64,000 bases of DNA from Octopus vulgaris (GCA_951406725.2 OX597817.1:108500001-108564000), one strand, 5' to 3'. Numbered from the stretch's first letter, positions 23,890 to 37,740 are shown. Numbers and translations: made by a program. The notes: generated by a model from the letters alone, not told the origin.

Positions 23890-26740
23890 TACGTTATAAG
23901 AAAAGATTTATTTGGAATAAAAGAGAATATCCGACTAGAGAAAGGAAAGTGTGGATCAAGCAGGAGGATAAGAAAAATGCAGCAGTTGAGGAAGGAAAAG
24001 TCCGACTTAAGAAAGCGATGGAGTTGTGCTGCACTAGATGAGAAACCTGGCCTTGCGCTGCTGTATAACAATTTGAAGAGGAATTGTCGTTATGTGCAAC
24101 GACATATCCGCCGATATGAGCGTCGAAAAGTAAAAGGACTCGGGGGCAGTTTCTGAAGGACCCGTACGGGTTTACTAAGAAGCTGTTCACTAAACCGAAG
24201 AGTTGTACTTTATCGTGCACTAAAGAAGAATTGGATACTCATATCAAGGAAACCTACAGCGATCCGCACCGTAACCAGCCGCTGCCACTTCTACATGGGC
24301 TAAATCATCTCTCAGGACCTGATATCGAATTCCAGATTGGGGACATCAGGGAGAGAGAGGTGAATGACTTCGTAAGAAAAGCTAGAGCAAAGAGTGCCCC
24401 AGGAGGTGATGGCGTCTCATATAAAGTCTACAAGTACTGCAATCGTCTGCGAAAGAAGCTCTTCGTCCTACTCCGACAACTGTGGCGCGAGGAGACTATA
24501 GTAGAGGATTGGTGTAAGGCAGAAGGTATATACCTGCCGAAAGAGGCCAATGCAAAGACCATAAAATAGTTTAGGCCGATATCCTTCTTGAATGTGGAAG
24601 GCAAGATCTTTATGGGAATTCTGTCGAGGAGAACAGTGGCATATTTACAGAGTAACGGATATGTTGATGAATCTGTTCAAAAGGCCGGAATCCCCGGGAT
24701 CCCTGGATGCGTTGAACACTGCTTTTCGATTTGGAAAGCGATCCAGGATGCCAAACAGAACAAGAAAAGTCTGAACGTGGTATGGCTCGACCTAGCTAAC
24801 GCGTATGGTTCATTGCCCCACAAATTACTAATAACAGCCATGGACCACTTCCACATTCCTGACAAAGTGATCAAAATAATGAGGATGTACTATGACAGTT
24901 TCGAAATGAGGTTTACAACTGGAAATTTTACAACAAATTGGCACCGATTGGAGGTTGGCATTGCTGCTGGCTGTACAATATCTGTCACGTGGTTTATCTT
25001 AGTCATGGAGTTGATTTTGAAAGGTGTAGATTTTTCGGAACAAATCGCCCATGTACAATCACCTAAGAAAGCCTTCATGGATGACGTGACACTTCTAGCT
25101 ACAGATAAACAAATCATGCAGAATGCCCTTTTGAGATTAGACGAACTTGTAAGGTGGTCAAGGATGCGATTTAGAGCAAAAAAGTCGCGTAGTCTGACAT
25201 TTGTTAAGGGAGTGCAGAAAGAATTTAAATTTCGAATATCTGAAGAAAGCATTCCAACAGTCAAGGAAGAGCCCGTCAAGAGCTTGGGACGAGTATACGC
25301 TGGAACATTGTCAGACAGAAGTCGTGGGATTGAAATTATGAAACAGGCCGAGGCTGGGTTATCAGCGATTGATAATTCGAAGTTACCAGGTAAATATAAA
25401 ATTTGGTGCTTGCAGTTCGGCTTGTACCCGCGACTTGCGTGGCCACTTTTAATATACGAAGTAGCATTGTCACGAGTTGAAAGGATTGAACAAAAATGTA
25501 ATGTGTTCATTAGAAAGTGGCTAGGCCTACCTCGTATGTTGAACAGCTCAGCTCTTTATCGTAAAAGAGGTTCGTTGCAGCTACCAATAGCATCAATAGT
25601 CGAAATATATAAGTTGGGGAAGATACGGACGGTCATGATGCTGAGAGAATCGAAGGATATGGAAATCAGGCGTAACCCACCAGAGGTGAAAACAGCCAGG
25701 AAGTGGAAAGCAGAAGCAGAAACTGACGACATCTTGTCTTCTCTTATACACAGAGATATGGTGGGAGCAACGCAGAACCATCGGAAAGTCTTGGTTTTGG
25801 CGCAGATCAGTTCAGACCGTTTGCAAGCATGATGCCGAGTGAACGCAGATCTGTTGTTAGCAACAGCGTCAAAACAAGAGAAGCAGAGAGAAGAGAGCTT
25901 CATTTGATCCGATGTGTTCATCAAGGTCAGATGACGAGATGGGAAGAACATGTTGTTGAGAGGAAGATAAGTTGGGATGAGATGTGGAAGTGGACGACAT
26001 CTCGGCTGAGTTTCCTGATTCGTTCATCTTATGATATTTTGCAATCACCTACGAATCTAGTAGGATGGAACGTCTTAGAGAATGACATCTGCAAATGTGG
26101 AAATGTCGGTACACTAAAACATATTCTTTCCATTAGCATTGAACAGGTACACATGGAGGCACAACTTGGTCCTTAAGGTTATCTTCAATGCTATAAAGAA
26201 CCAAATTCATCTCAACAACACTGAGGAAAAACCGTTAAAAGTACCATCAAGAGATTTCATTACCTTCGTGCGACCAGGTCAGCGGATCCGTTTCAAGAAG
26301 AAGATCAAGAAACTTCCTGAGAAAAATGAAAAGTGGAACGGCTATTGGGAGGTAACTGCAGATTTACTTGGGTGCCAGGTTTTCTTTCCCATCCCAGTTT
26401 TTTGATGTGGTGTGAAAGAAAGAAAGTTGTAAATATAGTCGAGCTAACGGTTCCTCATGAAGATAATATGGACGCCGCTCGGGCTCGAAAATTGAACCGT
26501 TATGAAAACCTCCTCGAGGAATGTGAAGACGCAGGCTGGAAAGCGGTACATTTTCCTATCGAAGTCGGATGTAGAGGGTTTGTTGGACACAGCGTGAGAC
26601 GACTGTTGTTATCGCTAGGCCTAACTCATCGTAAAGTCAATATCACCATGACTGATATCCAATCTACAGTGGAGAAGGCTAGCCACTGAATTTGGTTAAA
26701 AAGAGACGATGAGCGATGGCTAGAAGTATATTGAGTTCTT
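23890..26740 (+). pseudogene. Disrupted RT-RLE polyprotein
   Basis: ORF pieces 23842-24156, 24231-24569 and 24588-25832 (same frame, one TAG), 25829-26176, 26139-26405 and 26333-26689 join by frameshifts and stops into one protein. Confidence 0.85.
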
Positions 26741-26916
26741 CATAACCAGCTGATCTAGCAAGCGGGGCCTCATATCAGTGAGGTGGGGGGGCGGTGCGCA
26801 TTGATGCCGTCGAGAGGTAGGCCCCGAAACGGCGCGCATTCTCTCCTGATGACCCCATACACTTGCTAGCTTCCGATATACGGAGCTTTTAACTGGTAGC
26901 ACTTGCATGTGCAAGT
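23890..26916 (+). mobile_element. 5'-truncated Hero/NeSL-like RLE non-LTR retrotransposon (R2 group)
   Basis: KSAPGGDG; RT motifs WLDLANAYGSLPH, GIAAGCTIS, KAFMDD; CCHC-type CKCGNVGTLKHILS then RYTWRHN; RLE motifs IVELTVPHE and FPIEVGCRG; 3' UTR ends near hairpin acttgca-tg-tgcaagt (26901-26916). Confidence 0.85.
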
Positions 26917-27009
26917 TGTTTGCAAGACATCTAAGATGAAAATGTGAAAATGTAAAAATTCATGCATGCAGGTATGTTTGTTATGTAGGTATGTCTGTAT
27001 ATATGCATG

Positions 27010-27432
27010 TATGTGGCTGCGTGGTAACAAGCTTGCTTCCCAAACACATGCTCCCGGATTCAGTCCCACTACGTGGCACCTTGGGCAATTGCCTTCTACT
27101 ATAATCCCGGGCCGACCAAAGCCTTGTGAGTGGATTTGGTAGAAGAAAACTGAAAGGAGCCCGTCGTATATATATATGCGTGTGTGTGTGTATGTGTGTT
27201 TGTGTTTGTGCGTGTGTGTGTGTGTGTGTATATGTGTGTCTGTGTTAGTCCCTCCACCATCGCTTGACAATCGATGTTGATGCGTTTACGTCCCCGTAAT
27301 TTGGCGGTTCGGCCAAAGCGTTCGATAGAATAAGTGCTAGGCTTAAAAAGAATAAGGCCTGGGGTTGATTTGTTTGACTAAAGGCGGTGGTCCAGCATGG
27401 CCACTGTCAAACGACCGAAACAAGTAAAAGAA
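27010..27432 (+). mobile_element. tRNA-derived SINE, family B (bipartite, internal (TG)n)
   Basis: gtggctgcgtggtaacaagcttgcttccc...cccactacgtggcaccttgggcaa...gactaaaggcggtggtccagcatggcc...aaacaagtaaaaga. Confidence 0.85.
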
Positions 27433-27444
27433 TATATATATATT

Positions 27445-27650
27445 TAATCAAAATAAGCAACAAGGATATCCAATGTAGTGTAGTACAATCGTTTCATGCT
27501 ACTTCATTTAATTAAACGATTGTACTACACTACCTTGGATATCTTTGTTACTTATTTTGATTATAATCACCCCATTTGATTTATATGGATAATACCATAC
27601 CAATTTCTGGTGTCTTTAACGTAAGTACCATATTCATCTGAATCTAAATT
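27445..27650. mobile_element. TA-embedded fold-back remnant (Penelope-like terminus?)
   Basis: 50-bp arms 27445-27494 and 27514-27563 (47/50 matches); related copy at 38671-38790. Confidence 0.55.
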
Positions 27651-27665
27651 TTGCTGAACTTATAT

Positions 27666-27706
<41 letters not shown>

Positions 27707-27794
27707 AATATATATTTGCATATCTGTCTGCATGTGTGTATATGTACATACTATGGAAGGGTGGATATATATATATATATATATACATATATGT

Positions 27795-27829
<35 letters not shown>

Positions 27830-27849
27830 TATATATCACATATATATAT

Positions 27850-28013
<164 letters not shown>

Positions 28014-28858
28014 ATATGTATATATATATCCATATGTATATGTATATATATATACACATACATATGCATACATATATTGATAGATAGAGAAACAGATACG
28101 TGTATAAGAAAATGTGAACAGCTTTTCCTTTAAAAAGATATCATATCTAAGTCACAGCTGTGTTCTGTTTTGATGTTTTTATTATTATTTTTATACTTAT
28201 TACCTTAGGTTTTGTGCTTAGTTTAAAAAATAGTGTTCCTATTAAGTATAATACCTTTCTTCGCACGAAAGCATACATGCATTTTGTCTGAAGTCCATTC
28301 AGACAACCAAAGTGATATGAAATTTTCAATGTAAGCATGAAAGCTATCAGCTTCGTGGATAAACGTACTGTCACTCATACAAGTACGGTTACAATAAGGA
28401 GCAATTACAAATCATTTCAATAAATGAAATAAAATATATATCATATATACAAAATATATCATATATACAAAAATATCTAATTTCAACAAAATTAGATATA
28501 AACATATTAGTTGATAACACTACTATCCTATAAAGAATTGTACATACAAAAAAAAAAAACTTATCGATGGAGTGTTTTATTTATAGCAAACTATAAACCA
28601 GAAGTACACGTACAGATACATCATACGTTAAATGACATGTGAAAGTAACTGGAGTTGGCTGTAAAACTATTTTAACTCTTACGCGCTCTTGTCCTTATCA
28701 CAAAATGCAAGAATTGCGACACTATCGTCATTTCATTCAGAAGATGAGGCTGAGAAATTGTTTTAACTCTCAGTCGTGTGTGCGTGTGTCTATGCGCGCG
28801 TACTCACACACACTTACATACTTACATTCATACATACATACATACATACATACATACA

Positions 28859-28892
<34 letters not shown>

Positions 28893-30249
28893 CATACATA
28901 CATACATACACGTTCTTAACACACAATTTGTGTGTGTGTATGTTTATAAGTGTGTATATATTGTTGACATCATAAGAAACGAATGCACATCTATGAAAAG
29001 GTAAACGCCAAAGAATGTGAGAAATATTCAAGAACCCCTTCAATCACTTGCTTTCATGCGATTTGTGGTTTCTGTTCCGTCATTATAAGGCGCCCACACG
29101 AATTCCTGAACTTTGATAAAGAACGAAGCGGTAGACTTTCCGTACTCTTCTTACCTGCCTGATTTACATACATGCATACATACATACATGCATACATGCT
29201 AGCAATTTTAAACTCGTACACGTTAATGACCATCACTTATAAATGATCTTATTCTAGCTGTGAAAGACAATAGCCCTGAGTAATACGCATACTGAAATTT
29301 AAAGTCAATAACAGCTTGAACAACACTAACCTACAAAGCAGAGTAGTCCAGAAGCAAACAAGAACAAGATCCTTGAAGTCGCTGTGAAATGGATATTATT
29401 TCAGAATTTCTATCTCATAGAGAGATTAGGGGGACTCTCACTTTCAGCTGTTTGATGGCCATCATCTTTACTCCCTCTTTGACATATATACATACATACA
29501 CACATACATACATGAACACATACATGCATGCATATATACGTATATTGAAAACAATTCTACGTTTGAGTTTGTCATATTTTATTAAAGCTTTCTTCATTTT
29601 ACCTTAATCTTCTATATTTAGCTTATAGGAATTGCGTTCCCAAATCAATTGTGTCATTAATGTTTCAAGATCTTCTTAGTATCATTAAACAAAAGAAATG
29701 GTAATAATAGTATGATAGTCAGTAGTTCGTGTATTTTGTAGTATATCGCAAAGGGTTTTATTAATACCGTTATAATTGATACGATCAACAAAATCGGATT
29801 TAACAAATCGGTGTGTGTGTGTGTGTACACATACACACACACACACACACACACGCGCACTCTGCTGATGAACTAGGTTCCAATGATCAAGCTTATGAAT
29901 CTTTAAGTTGCACACAGCCGAATCAAACTACTATTAAATTATAATATATATGCATACTAATATACATGGACAGAAACATTTACACACAGGCGCACACATT
30001 GCGCGCGTTACTCCCATCACTTCTGAGTGTTACTAGCCTCTGATTTGCATCAGTTCACTTTGAGTCATGAAGTCTAAAATGACCGCTCATTCCCACCAAT
30101 GATTAGCATTTTTATTGAATATCATACAATACTGCTCAATTGACTTTGAATTCTTGCTCTGAGTTCCAAACACCGATACATATTTTTTTCACAAATATTT
30201 GTCCCTCTTTATTTTCTGCGAAATGTTTCTAATGATTTAAAGAATTTTG

Positions 30250-30850
30250 GCACTTTCCTAGCTAGAATTTTAAGCAATCACTATATCTGAGCTTCTGTTT
30301 TAAATTATTGCATTTAAATTCTGTAATTTTGAGTAGAACATTTGTTTCGGAAATAGTTATTTCTATTTAAAGGTTCTATATTTGGCAACCCTATTCTCCA
30401 AAAAAATGAAAACCCTTCCATATTTGGAGTGTATAATTTCCAGTCAGTGAAAGGATGTATCCCCAAAATTTCTGGTGAAGCCTTTTTGGTAATTTGTTTT
30501 GTGTTTATTGATAGCTTGTGTTCCAGTGGTATATAGATGAGCTGCCAAAACACACACTCTAAATTCTGAAAAGTTTGCTACAGTTATGCTGCATTTGAGC
30601 TTTTCAAAGGATTTTGAAGAACCTTGATGCCTCCTCATTATAAAGAGGTATTTCATTGTTGCTACCCTTTTTTGTTGCCAAAGAACCTAGCAGACTGGAT
30701 CATCAACTACGGTGTCTTATTGGGTAGGATGACCGATTAAGCATTATATTGATTAGGAGCAGTTTCGTGAATGACCGCGGTCATTTTAGCACTAATATCG
30801 AGCCCGAAAGCGTTGCAAGCATCAGAGAAATGACCCATTAATAATTACTT
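30250..30850 (-). pseudogene. Decayed RTE-clade LINE RT fragment
   Basis: Minus strand GHFSDACNAFGLDISAKMT at about 30780-30835, similar to RTE FSxACxxFGLxISxKKT; EILGI at about 30465. Confidence 0.5.
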
Positions 30851-31157
30851 TTTAATCTCATTGTATGTTGCTTTGTTGCAGTCATTTAAATGTAAGGTGT
30901 TTCTGATCAGAACAATTAATACTTTCGTTTCAAATAAGATAAATACTTTGCCCGAAGCTTGTTATTGGATATAGATAATAAAGTGGGCTATCATTGAAAT
31001 ATGTGTAAGATACAGTAGCAAAGAACTTTGTGAATAAAGATGCAACGGTTTCTTCTTGTTTAACCCTATTTTCTACTTGGAATAATTCAGAACGAAAAAG
31101 AGAGAGAGAGAGTGAGTGAGTGTGTGTATGTATGTATGTATGTATGTGTGTGTGTGT

Positions 31158-31204
<47 letters not shown>

Positions 31205-32322
31205 TGTGATAAGAATAAATTCATAAGTTCATGCCATCATCCAGAGAGTGCATGAGAATAATACACTCCACAAAGTGGTGTATATTGTTCTGAAACCAAA
31301 TCCTAATATAATTAAAGAAATTTTCCACTACATTTTAACCGCTAACTGTGTCAAATGATTTAGAGAGATCGTTGAATTTTACCACCTCAAAGATCATATC
31401 TACTCTTCTCCATTTTGTGCTGAAGCCATACTGGTATTCCGGTAGTATATGTTGTATGAGATTATAAGTCAGTCAATTCAAAATAATTCAGATCTGCGTT
31501 TTCCAGATAATAGACAATAGAACTGCACACAGTCCAATTTCTGATAAAAGACAGAGATTCTGAAGACATAAGTGAGATGATTGATCATATTAATCTCTCA
31601 AGTTTTTGTTTTTTATACTTCCTAGTCCTTTAAATCCAAAGGGTCCTACCGAAGATCTGAAATCTTGATTCGTATTTCTCAAACTAGTCATCTCCACAGC
31701 AGCTAAGGAACTCTATTTACTCCACGCCAACAAAATGTTTTGATAAGACTCAGGGATGCAGATCAGGAACTATCTTATAATAATGCGTGGGGTCATAGAA
31801 ATATTTGATATGGTAAACGAATACGTTGTAGTATCATTCAGCGTGCATAAGTGGTATTACATCGGACTCGTTTACAATCTGTAGTAGTTCTATATTCCTG
31901 CGAACTATTACAAGATAGTTATTGATCTTATGTTGGTTTCAGCCACACTTTAAACATGTTCTATTGGTTTCTGGATACATTCATCACAAGCCTAGCGTGG
32001 TGGTGGTACTACTTTAGCTGCCGACTTCCCGACCACGTACCAGGATGAACTAGAATATATGTTACCAATATCATACAGAGCGAAGTGTGTATAGGTGCAA
32101 AATTTAATATTGGAGAACCTTCCAGCAATAATATAAAAGCAGACATTCTTAAAGAGAAAAAGCTTCCCAAAAAACAGCATTCTTAAACTACTGTTAAAAT
32201 TCAAACATGAAGAAGGAGTTTATTGTCACGATACTTTTACTGGCAACACGTTGTACATAAAAATGTAATTAATTAGATGAGCCGTCCAGAGATCAAACTT
32301 AGCTGGACACCACGGTCATATC

Positions 32323-32376
<54 letters not shown>

Positions 32377-32409
32377 TACATTCACCCCATCACACATAAA
32401 GGTAAATGT

Positions 32410-32700
32410 GCTTTGTTTAACGCTTACGATCTCGAGATCACGATTATGCGGCAGGAGCTTCTATTCTAAGACTGAGAAGTGCGTTGTACCTTTGACCATG
32501 GTATTTCATTTCATGTTGCTCTTGTCTACTCATTTAGAAATGAATAGTAGCCGAGTGCTAGTGCAGTTCACTCTTCCACCAGCTGTCATATCCCTGATGC
32601 CCCACTGGGTGAAAGGCAGCAGAGTTGTGACAATGTTTATGTCTGCCCGTGATCGCTAGGCATTTAAAGCAACAAGCGAAGGCATTGTACAAGTAATCAG
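32410..32700 (+). mobile_element. Decayed tRNA-derived SINE (CORE-like)
   Basis: gcgttgtacctttgaccatggtatttcatttcatgttgctcttgtctactcatttagaaatgaatag, similar to the copies at 10850, 20700 and 37930. Confidence 0.45.
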
Positions 32701-34379
32701 ATCATACTTGCATGCGTATGGTGGCCATGCTTTTAAGTATTATTTGACACAGGACACTAAAGCCTCTTACATTTTCATACGAAGCAAGAGAGAGATACAT
32801 ACATATGTATATATGTGTATGTGTGTCTGTATGTATATGTGTATGTATGTACAAATATACATTGATACTAGTAGAGATTATAGTGAAGCAATTCATCACC
32901 GATATTTTGTACTTATGTGAAATTGTATACCAAAAGAATGCTGGCTCAAAACCCACTGCAGGTATTACAGAATACTTTTGCCAGTCGTGCTAGGACGATG
33001 CTGTACTACACACGCAAATTTCTTGATTCGCATCAAGAAATGTGTCACTTGATTGGTTAGCATTCAGTCACTGACGAACATGCAAATGTGCTCTATCCTC
33101 TTGGCCTTTTCTATCACTACTAAAATGGCCTCCGTTCCTCGAAGCTGGATGATCCCGTGCCGTCATCACTCAGGATTCTCGAATCCGCTCACATTGTTAT
33201 GTCCACTACAGCCCTGTATTGACCTCTGTGCTCAATCCTGCCTACCCAGGAGATCGGCCTTCTAGAATATTCTACCTGCTAATGTAATTCCTGTTGGTGT
33301 TGACCGACAGCAGTTTTAAATGGCACATTAACAATCTCTGGGAGCCTGCAAAGTTCATGGACATTGTCCATTCCGCAGCAAGTAAAAAAAAATTCAATGA
33401 AAATATATGTTGTCTTTGAAAGATATCTAATTAATTCTTACATTTTTCTTGTTCAACTCACCTGTCTTTAGTTATGTTGGACTAGGCATATTTCCTGTAA
33501 TTTTAATAAATTGACTAATGTATATAATGTGTTAATATACAAGGTAAACCTGCTAGAAATAACAGCTAAATCTTCCTTTAATAACGCACCCTACTCACTG
33601 AAAAATTAATGGTAGATAGGATAGTGTGGTCTTAGACATGCAAGAAAGGAAAAATATGAAAAAATCCCCATATATTGGTTGATCGTAGCTGGATTGCCTT
33701 TAATTCAAGGATTGATGAACGTGGTCTGGTTAGGAGTTAAATGTGCATTGATTTCTAATATTGTAATATTTCTAGTGTTCTAATATTCAGGACGATTTAA
33801 ACAGAAAAAGCTGCAACCAGGTCACATAATACATCTCAGTCAGTAATTCATATGGATCATTGAAACGGGTTGGACACTCATAGTTAATAATTTCTGATTT
33901 AAACTTAGGCAAAACCATTGTGAAAGAACAAGAATTACAACAACGTAAACTCTGTTTAGGTTGATGTAATTAAGAGAAATGTGTGTGGTAAGAGAACCAT
34001 TAATGCATCGGAAAATGGTTTGTTGTATTTCTTCCTGTTCTTTACATCTTACGTTCAAATACCGACATGACAAATTTTTCCCTTCATTGTAATCAACTTA
34101 CGCCTTCCCTAAAACTGCTGCCTTTTGTGGAAAGATTTAAAAACACTTTTATTATTATTTTTAAAAACTTTTAATCTGCATGTTTGTTGCAATCACTTGT
34201 TGCAATCCTGGAGCGAGTGAAGGATAAGAGATGTTACAGTATGGCTAAAAGCTTGGATAGGAAAGTGCAGGGGCAGCAGCGAAATATCTTCATGTAATAC
34301 AACACATACATTTAAATGGATAGGGATTTTCTAAGGATGTGGGCAATACTTGTTAGCACAATCTTTTGGATATCTCTGA

Positions 34380-34628
34380 GACATGGTTTTCTTGGGACCT
34401 TATCTAGATGTTTCTGACATACCTTGCTTGTTTTGTAGTATTGGTTTCAGGTTCTTCATCTATTTCAGGATTAATGCCAAGTTCCCTTGCGAATTTGCAA
34501 GCTTCCTTGACAATAGGATGTAATTTTTTGCTGCTTTCGTGTTTGCACACAAGCCGCAGCATCCAGTCCTCTGTACTAGATAAGTACTTGTTCATTGCCA
34601 TTGTGGAGGTCTTATACCACAGTTCTAC
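34380..34628 (-). pseudogene. R4-like LINE internal fragment
   Basis: MNKYLSSTEDWMLRLVCKHESSKKLHPIVKEACKF resembles the post-RT region of R4-type elements. Confidence 0.5.
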
Positions 34629-34643
34629 CTCTATCTATCTATC

Positions 34644-34727
<84 letters not shown>

Positions 34728-34751
34728 CATCATCATTATTATTATTATTAT

Positions 34752-35896
34752 ATGAAAACGCACAGATTATTTTGCTGGGTATGATGGAAAGAGTCAGCTG
34801 TCCACAACTAGCAGACTAAGGTAACACTCGTTTACTGGTCATGTCTCAAGAACCCTGCGAAGAATTCTTGCAGTTGCAAGCAATGCTGAGTTTTGTAGGT
34901 GTTCTACCTTCACACTTGCACCAATCTTTTTCAGCCATGTTGGTAGTTGAGTGCTAATACTTCCAAATGCACCAATTACTATTGGTATCGCGTCTATTCT
35001 CTTTATTGACCACAGTTTTTGTATTTCCCACTTCAAATCGTCATGGTTGTTTATTTTTTCTTCTTTTATATTGATCCTGTTGTCACCGGGGTATATTATG
35101 CCGATTATTATATATGTTCTTTCTTTTTTGTTCGCCACAACAATGTCCGGTTTCAGATGTCTGGTCGGGTAATCGTACTAAATCATTGCACGCCACAGGA
35201 TTTAGCAATTCTCATTCTCGGTGTCTCCTGGAGTTTGCGCTTTATAGGTCGTGATTTCCACATAGCTCCAAATGAATCATTTTTGCTACATTGTCGCTAA
35301 TGACGTGCTATACCGTTTCAATCCTTTCACCATACATTCTGCATTTGTCGCTACCTGTAGTATTGTCTATTCTGCATTTCATATAGTCGGTCCTTAATGC
35401 TTGTTCCTGAGCTGCGCATATGAGTGCTTCTGTCTCTATCTTCAGGTCTCTCCTTTTTCATAGCCACCGGTCCCTGTATTTGTCTTCACGTTTACATCTC
35501 TTGCAAACTTACCGTACATTTTCTTTTCTTTTCATGCTTTTTGTTTTTTCATTTCTTGTTTAAACTTTTCTTTAGTTACTCAATTTTCAGTTTTGACGAC
35601 GCCGGCCTTCTTCGTGTATTTCAACAGTGGCTCAACGGTATTTTTTAATATATCACCCTAAGCTGTTTCGATACAGTCTTGGTAACTGATCAAACCTCTC
35701 CCACCCTTTCTTCTGGACAAGTACAGCCTATCAGTGTCACTCTTGTGGTGGAAGGGTCCATGTACAGTCAACATTTTTCAGGTCTTGGTATCCATTTTCT
35801 TCATTTTTCTTTTTTGTTCTTTTATAATTCCCGCTCCTACCGATGTGATGCTATCACCCACGTATTAGCTGCTTGGATTTTATTCCATCCAGTCAA

Positions 35897-35898
<2 letters not shown>
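34752..35898 (-). mobile_element. 5'-truncated R4/Dong-like RLE LINE flanked on both sides by (TAA)n
   Basis: C-terminus DLKWEIQKLW...IPIVIGAFGSI...LQNSALLATARILRRVLET*, HLKPDIV upstream; (att)n tracts at about 34645-34751 and 35899-35934. Confidence 0.8.
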
Positions 35899-35934
<36 letters not shown>

Positions 35935-35935
<1 letters not shown>

Positions 35936-36145
35936 GAAACGTTAGCAGGCCGGACGAAATGCGTAGCCGTATTTCGTCTGCCGTTACGTTCTGAGTTCAA
36001 ATTCCGTCGAGGTCGACTTTGCCTTTCATCCTTTCGGGGTCGATAAATTAAGTACCAGTTACGCACTGCGGTCGATATAATCGACTTAATACTTTGTCCT
36101 TGTTTGTCCCCTCTATGTTTAGCCCCTTGTGGGTAATAAAGAAAT
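35935..36145 (+). mobile_element. Family A SINE, subfamily with the gtttgtcccctct...aaagaaata tail
   Basis: Near-consensus core gttcaaattccgtcgaggtcgactttgcctttcatcctttcggggtcgataaattaagtaccag. Confidence 0.9.
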
Positions 36146-36166
36146 ATATATATATATATATATATA

Positions 36167-36225
<59 letters not shown>

Positions 36226-36377
36226 GTAGTAGTAGTAGTAGTAGTAGTATTTTCCCCGTTATCGCTGTAACTAGTATTAGCCACGCTGTATCAAGATCCT
36301 GCGGCCGTGTGATTTCAACCACTTGTATTACCCCATGAATCTACGCTATTTCGGACAATATTGCTGGTTTACACTTC

Positions 36378-36436
<59 letters not shown>

Positions 36437-36458
36437 CATATATATATATTCATATATA

Positions 36459-37740
36459 CAGGGTGAGGAAGCAAAATTTACAATGAACGTTAAGTTGCTT
36501 TTTCTCAGGAGGCACTAAGTCAATTGTTTTGAAACCTAGCATATACTGATGTCATACTCATACCTAACGCTATTATCCTTACCTTTTCAGAAACTTTTGC
36601 CCATATGAGTAATCAGGAAAGCAAACGTCAAAGAGTGTGTGATTTGCTGAATGCACTCGTCACACCAAAGGAGATTTCAAGGATAATTGGAGTGTCCATA
36701 AAGACTGTTTATAATGTAAAGAATAGAATGACTATGAGCAAAACTATTACGAGGAAGTCTGGAAGATGAGGAATCAACAAAAAACGTACCAAAGCTTTTA
36801 TTAAAGCTCTCAAATCCAAAATCCTAAAGGATCCAACCAAATCCATGAGAAAAATGGCAATTGAACTTGAGGTAGACAAGAGGACCATTAGAAATGCAGT
36901 AAAATATGATTTGAGGTTAAAATCTTACACAAGAACACCAAAACATTTGTTGACAACATCTATGAAGGAAAAGAGATTGAAGAGATGCAAGAAAATTATT
37001 ACATGGTTCAAGAAAAAGTCCTCCATTGTAACAATCTTTTCAGATGAAAAGATCTTCACTGTCGATGCTGTTCTGAACCGCAGAAATGACAGATTTATCG
37101 CAAAATCAACAGCTGAGGTTAAAGGGACATTCAAAACAAAACATCCTGCACAAGTTATGGCTTTTGGTGTTGTGGCTTCCGATGGAAAGAAAATGCCTAT
37201 AAAATTCTACAAAGCTGATGAAAAGATCAATGTTAATACTTACTACAAGACTCTGAGATACCAGGTATAGCCATGGCTTAAAGCAAACTACCCAGATGGT
37301 AATTATGTATGGACACAGGATGGTGCTCCAGCCCATACAGCCAGAAAAATACAAGATTTCTGCAAATCCAACTTTAGCGATTTGGGGGAATCATGTTTAT
37401 GGCCGCCTTCTAGCCCAGATCTAAACCCTCTGGATTATGCTATTTGGGGCGTTTTAGAACATGCTACCAATAGAACATCACACAGCAATGTCGACTCTCT
37501 TAAAGATACTATTACAGAAGAATGTGAGAAGTTGTCTCCCGAATATTTGAGGAACACTTGTACAAGTTTCAGGAAGCGTGTGAAGGCAGTTATTGAGAAA
37601 GAAGGAGGACACATAGAATTTTCTATTATGTAAATTTTCTTTTGGCAAATAAATTCTCATAACTTTCAATAAAATAATTGGTCATAGACTGTCTTTCAAT
37701 CCCTGCCACAAAATATTGTAAATTTTGCTTCCTCACCCTG
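36459..37740 (+). mobile_element. Full-length Tc1/mariner DNA transposon, DD37D (maT/mori) family
   Basis: Perfect 26-bp TIRs cagggtgaggaagcaaaatttacaat (36459-36484, 37715-37740), TA on both sides, 1282 bp. Confidence 0.95.
36605..37633 (+). pseudogene. DD37D transposase with two in-frame stops
   Basis: One frame from ATG 36605: FSDEKIF, WTQDGAPAH, WPPSSPDLNPLDY with 37 residues between the second and third D; stops at about 36767 (TGA) and 37268 (TAG). Confidence 0.9.

Noticed and set aside
24890-25510. 206-aa minus-strand ORF
   Set aside because: Antisense shadow of the retrotransposon RT frame, with no recognisable motifs.
26820-26856. GAAAC...CTGATGA in the 3' UTR of the Hero-like element as a type II hammerhead
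   Set aside because: The would-be stem II strands are both cccc and cannot pair.
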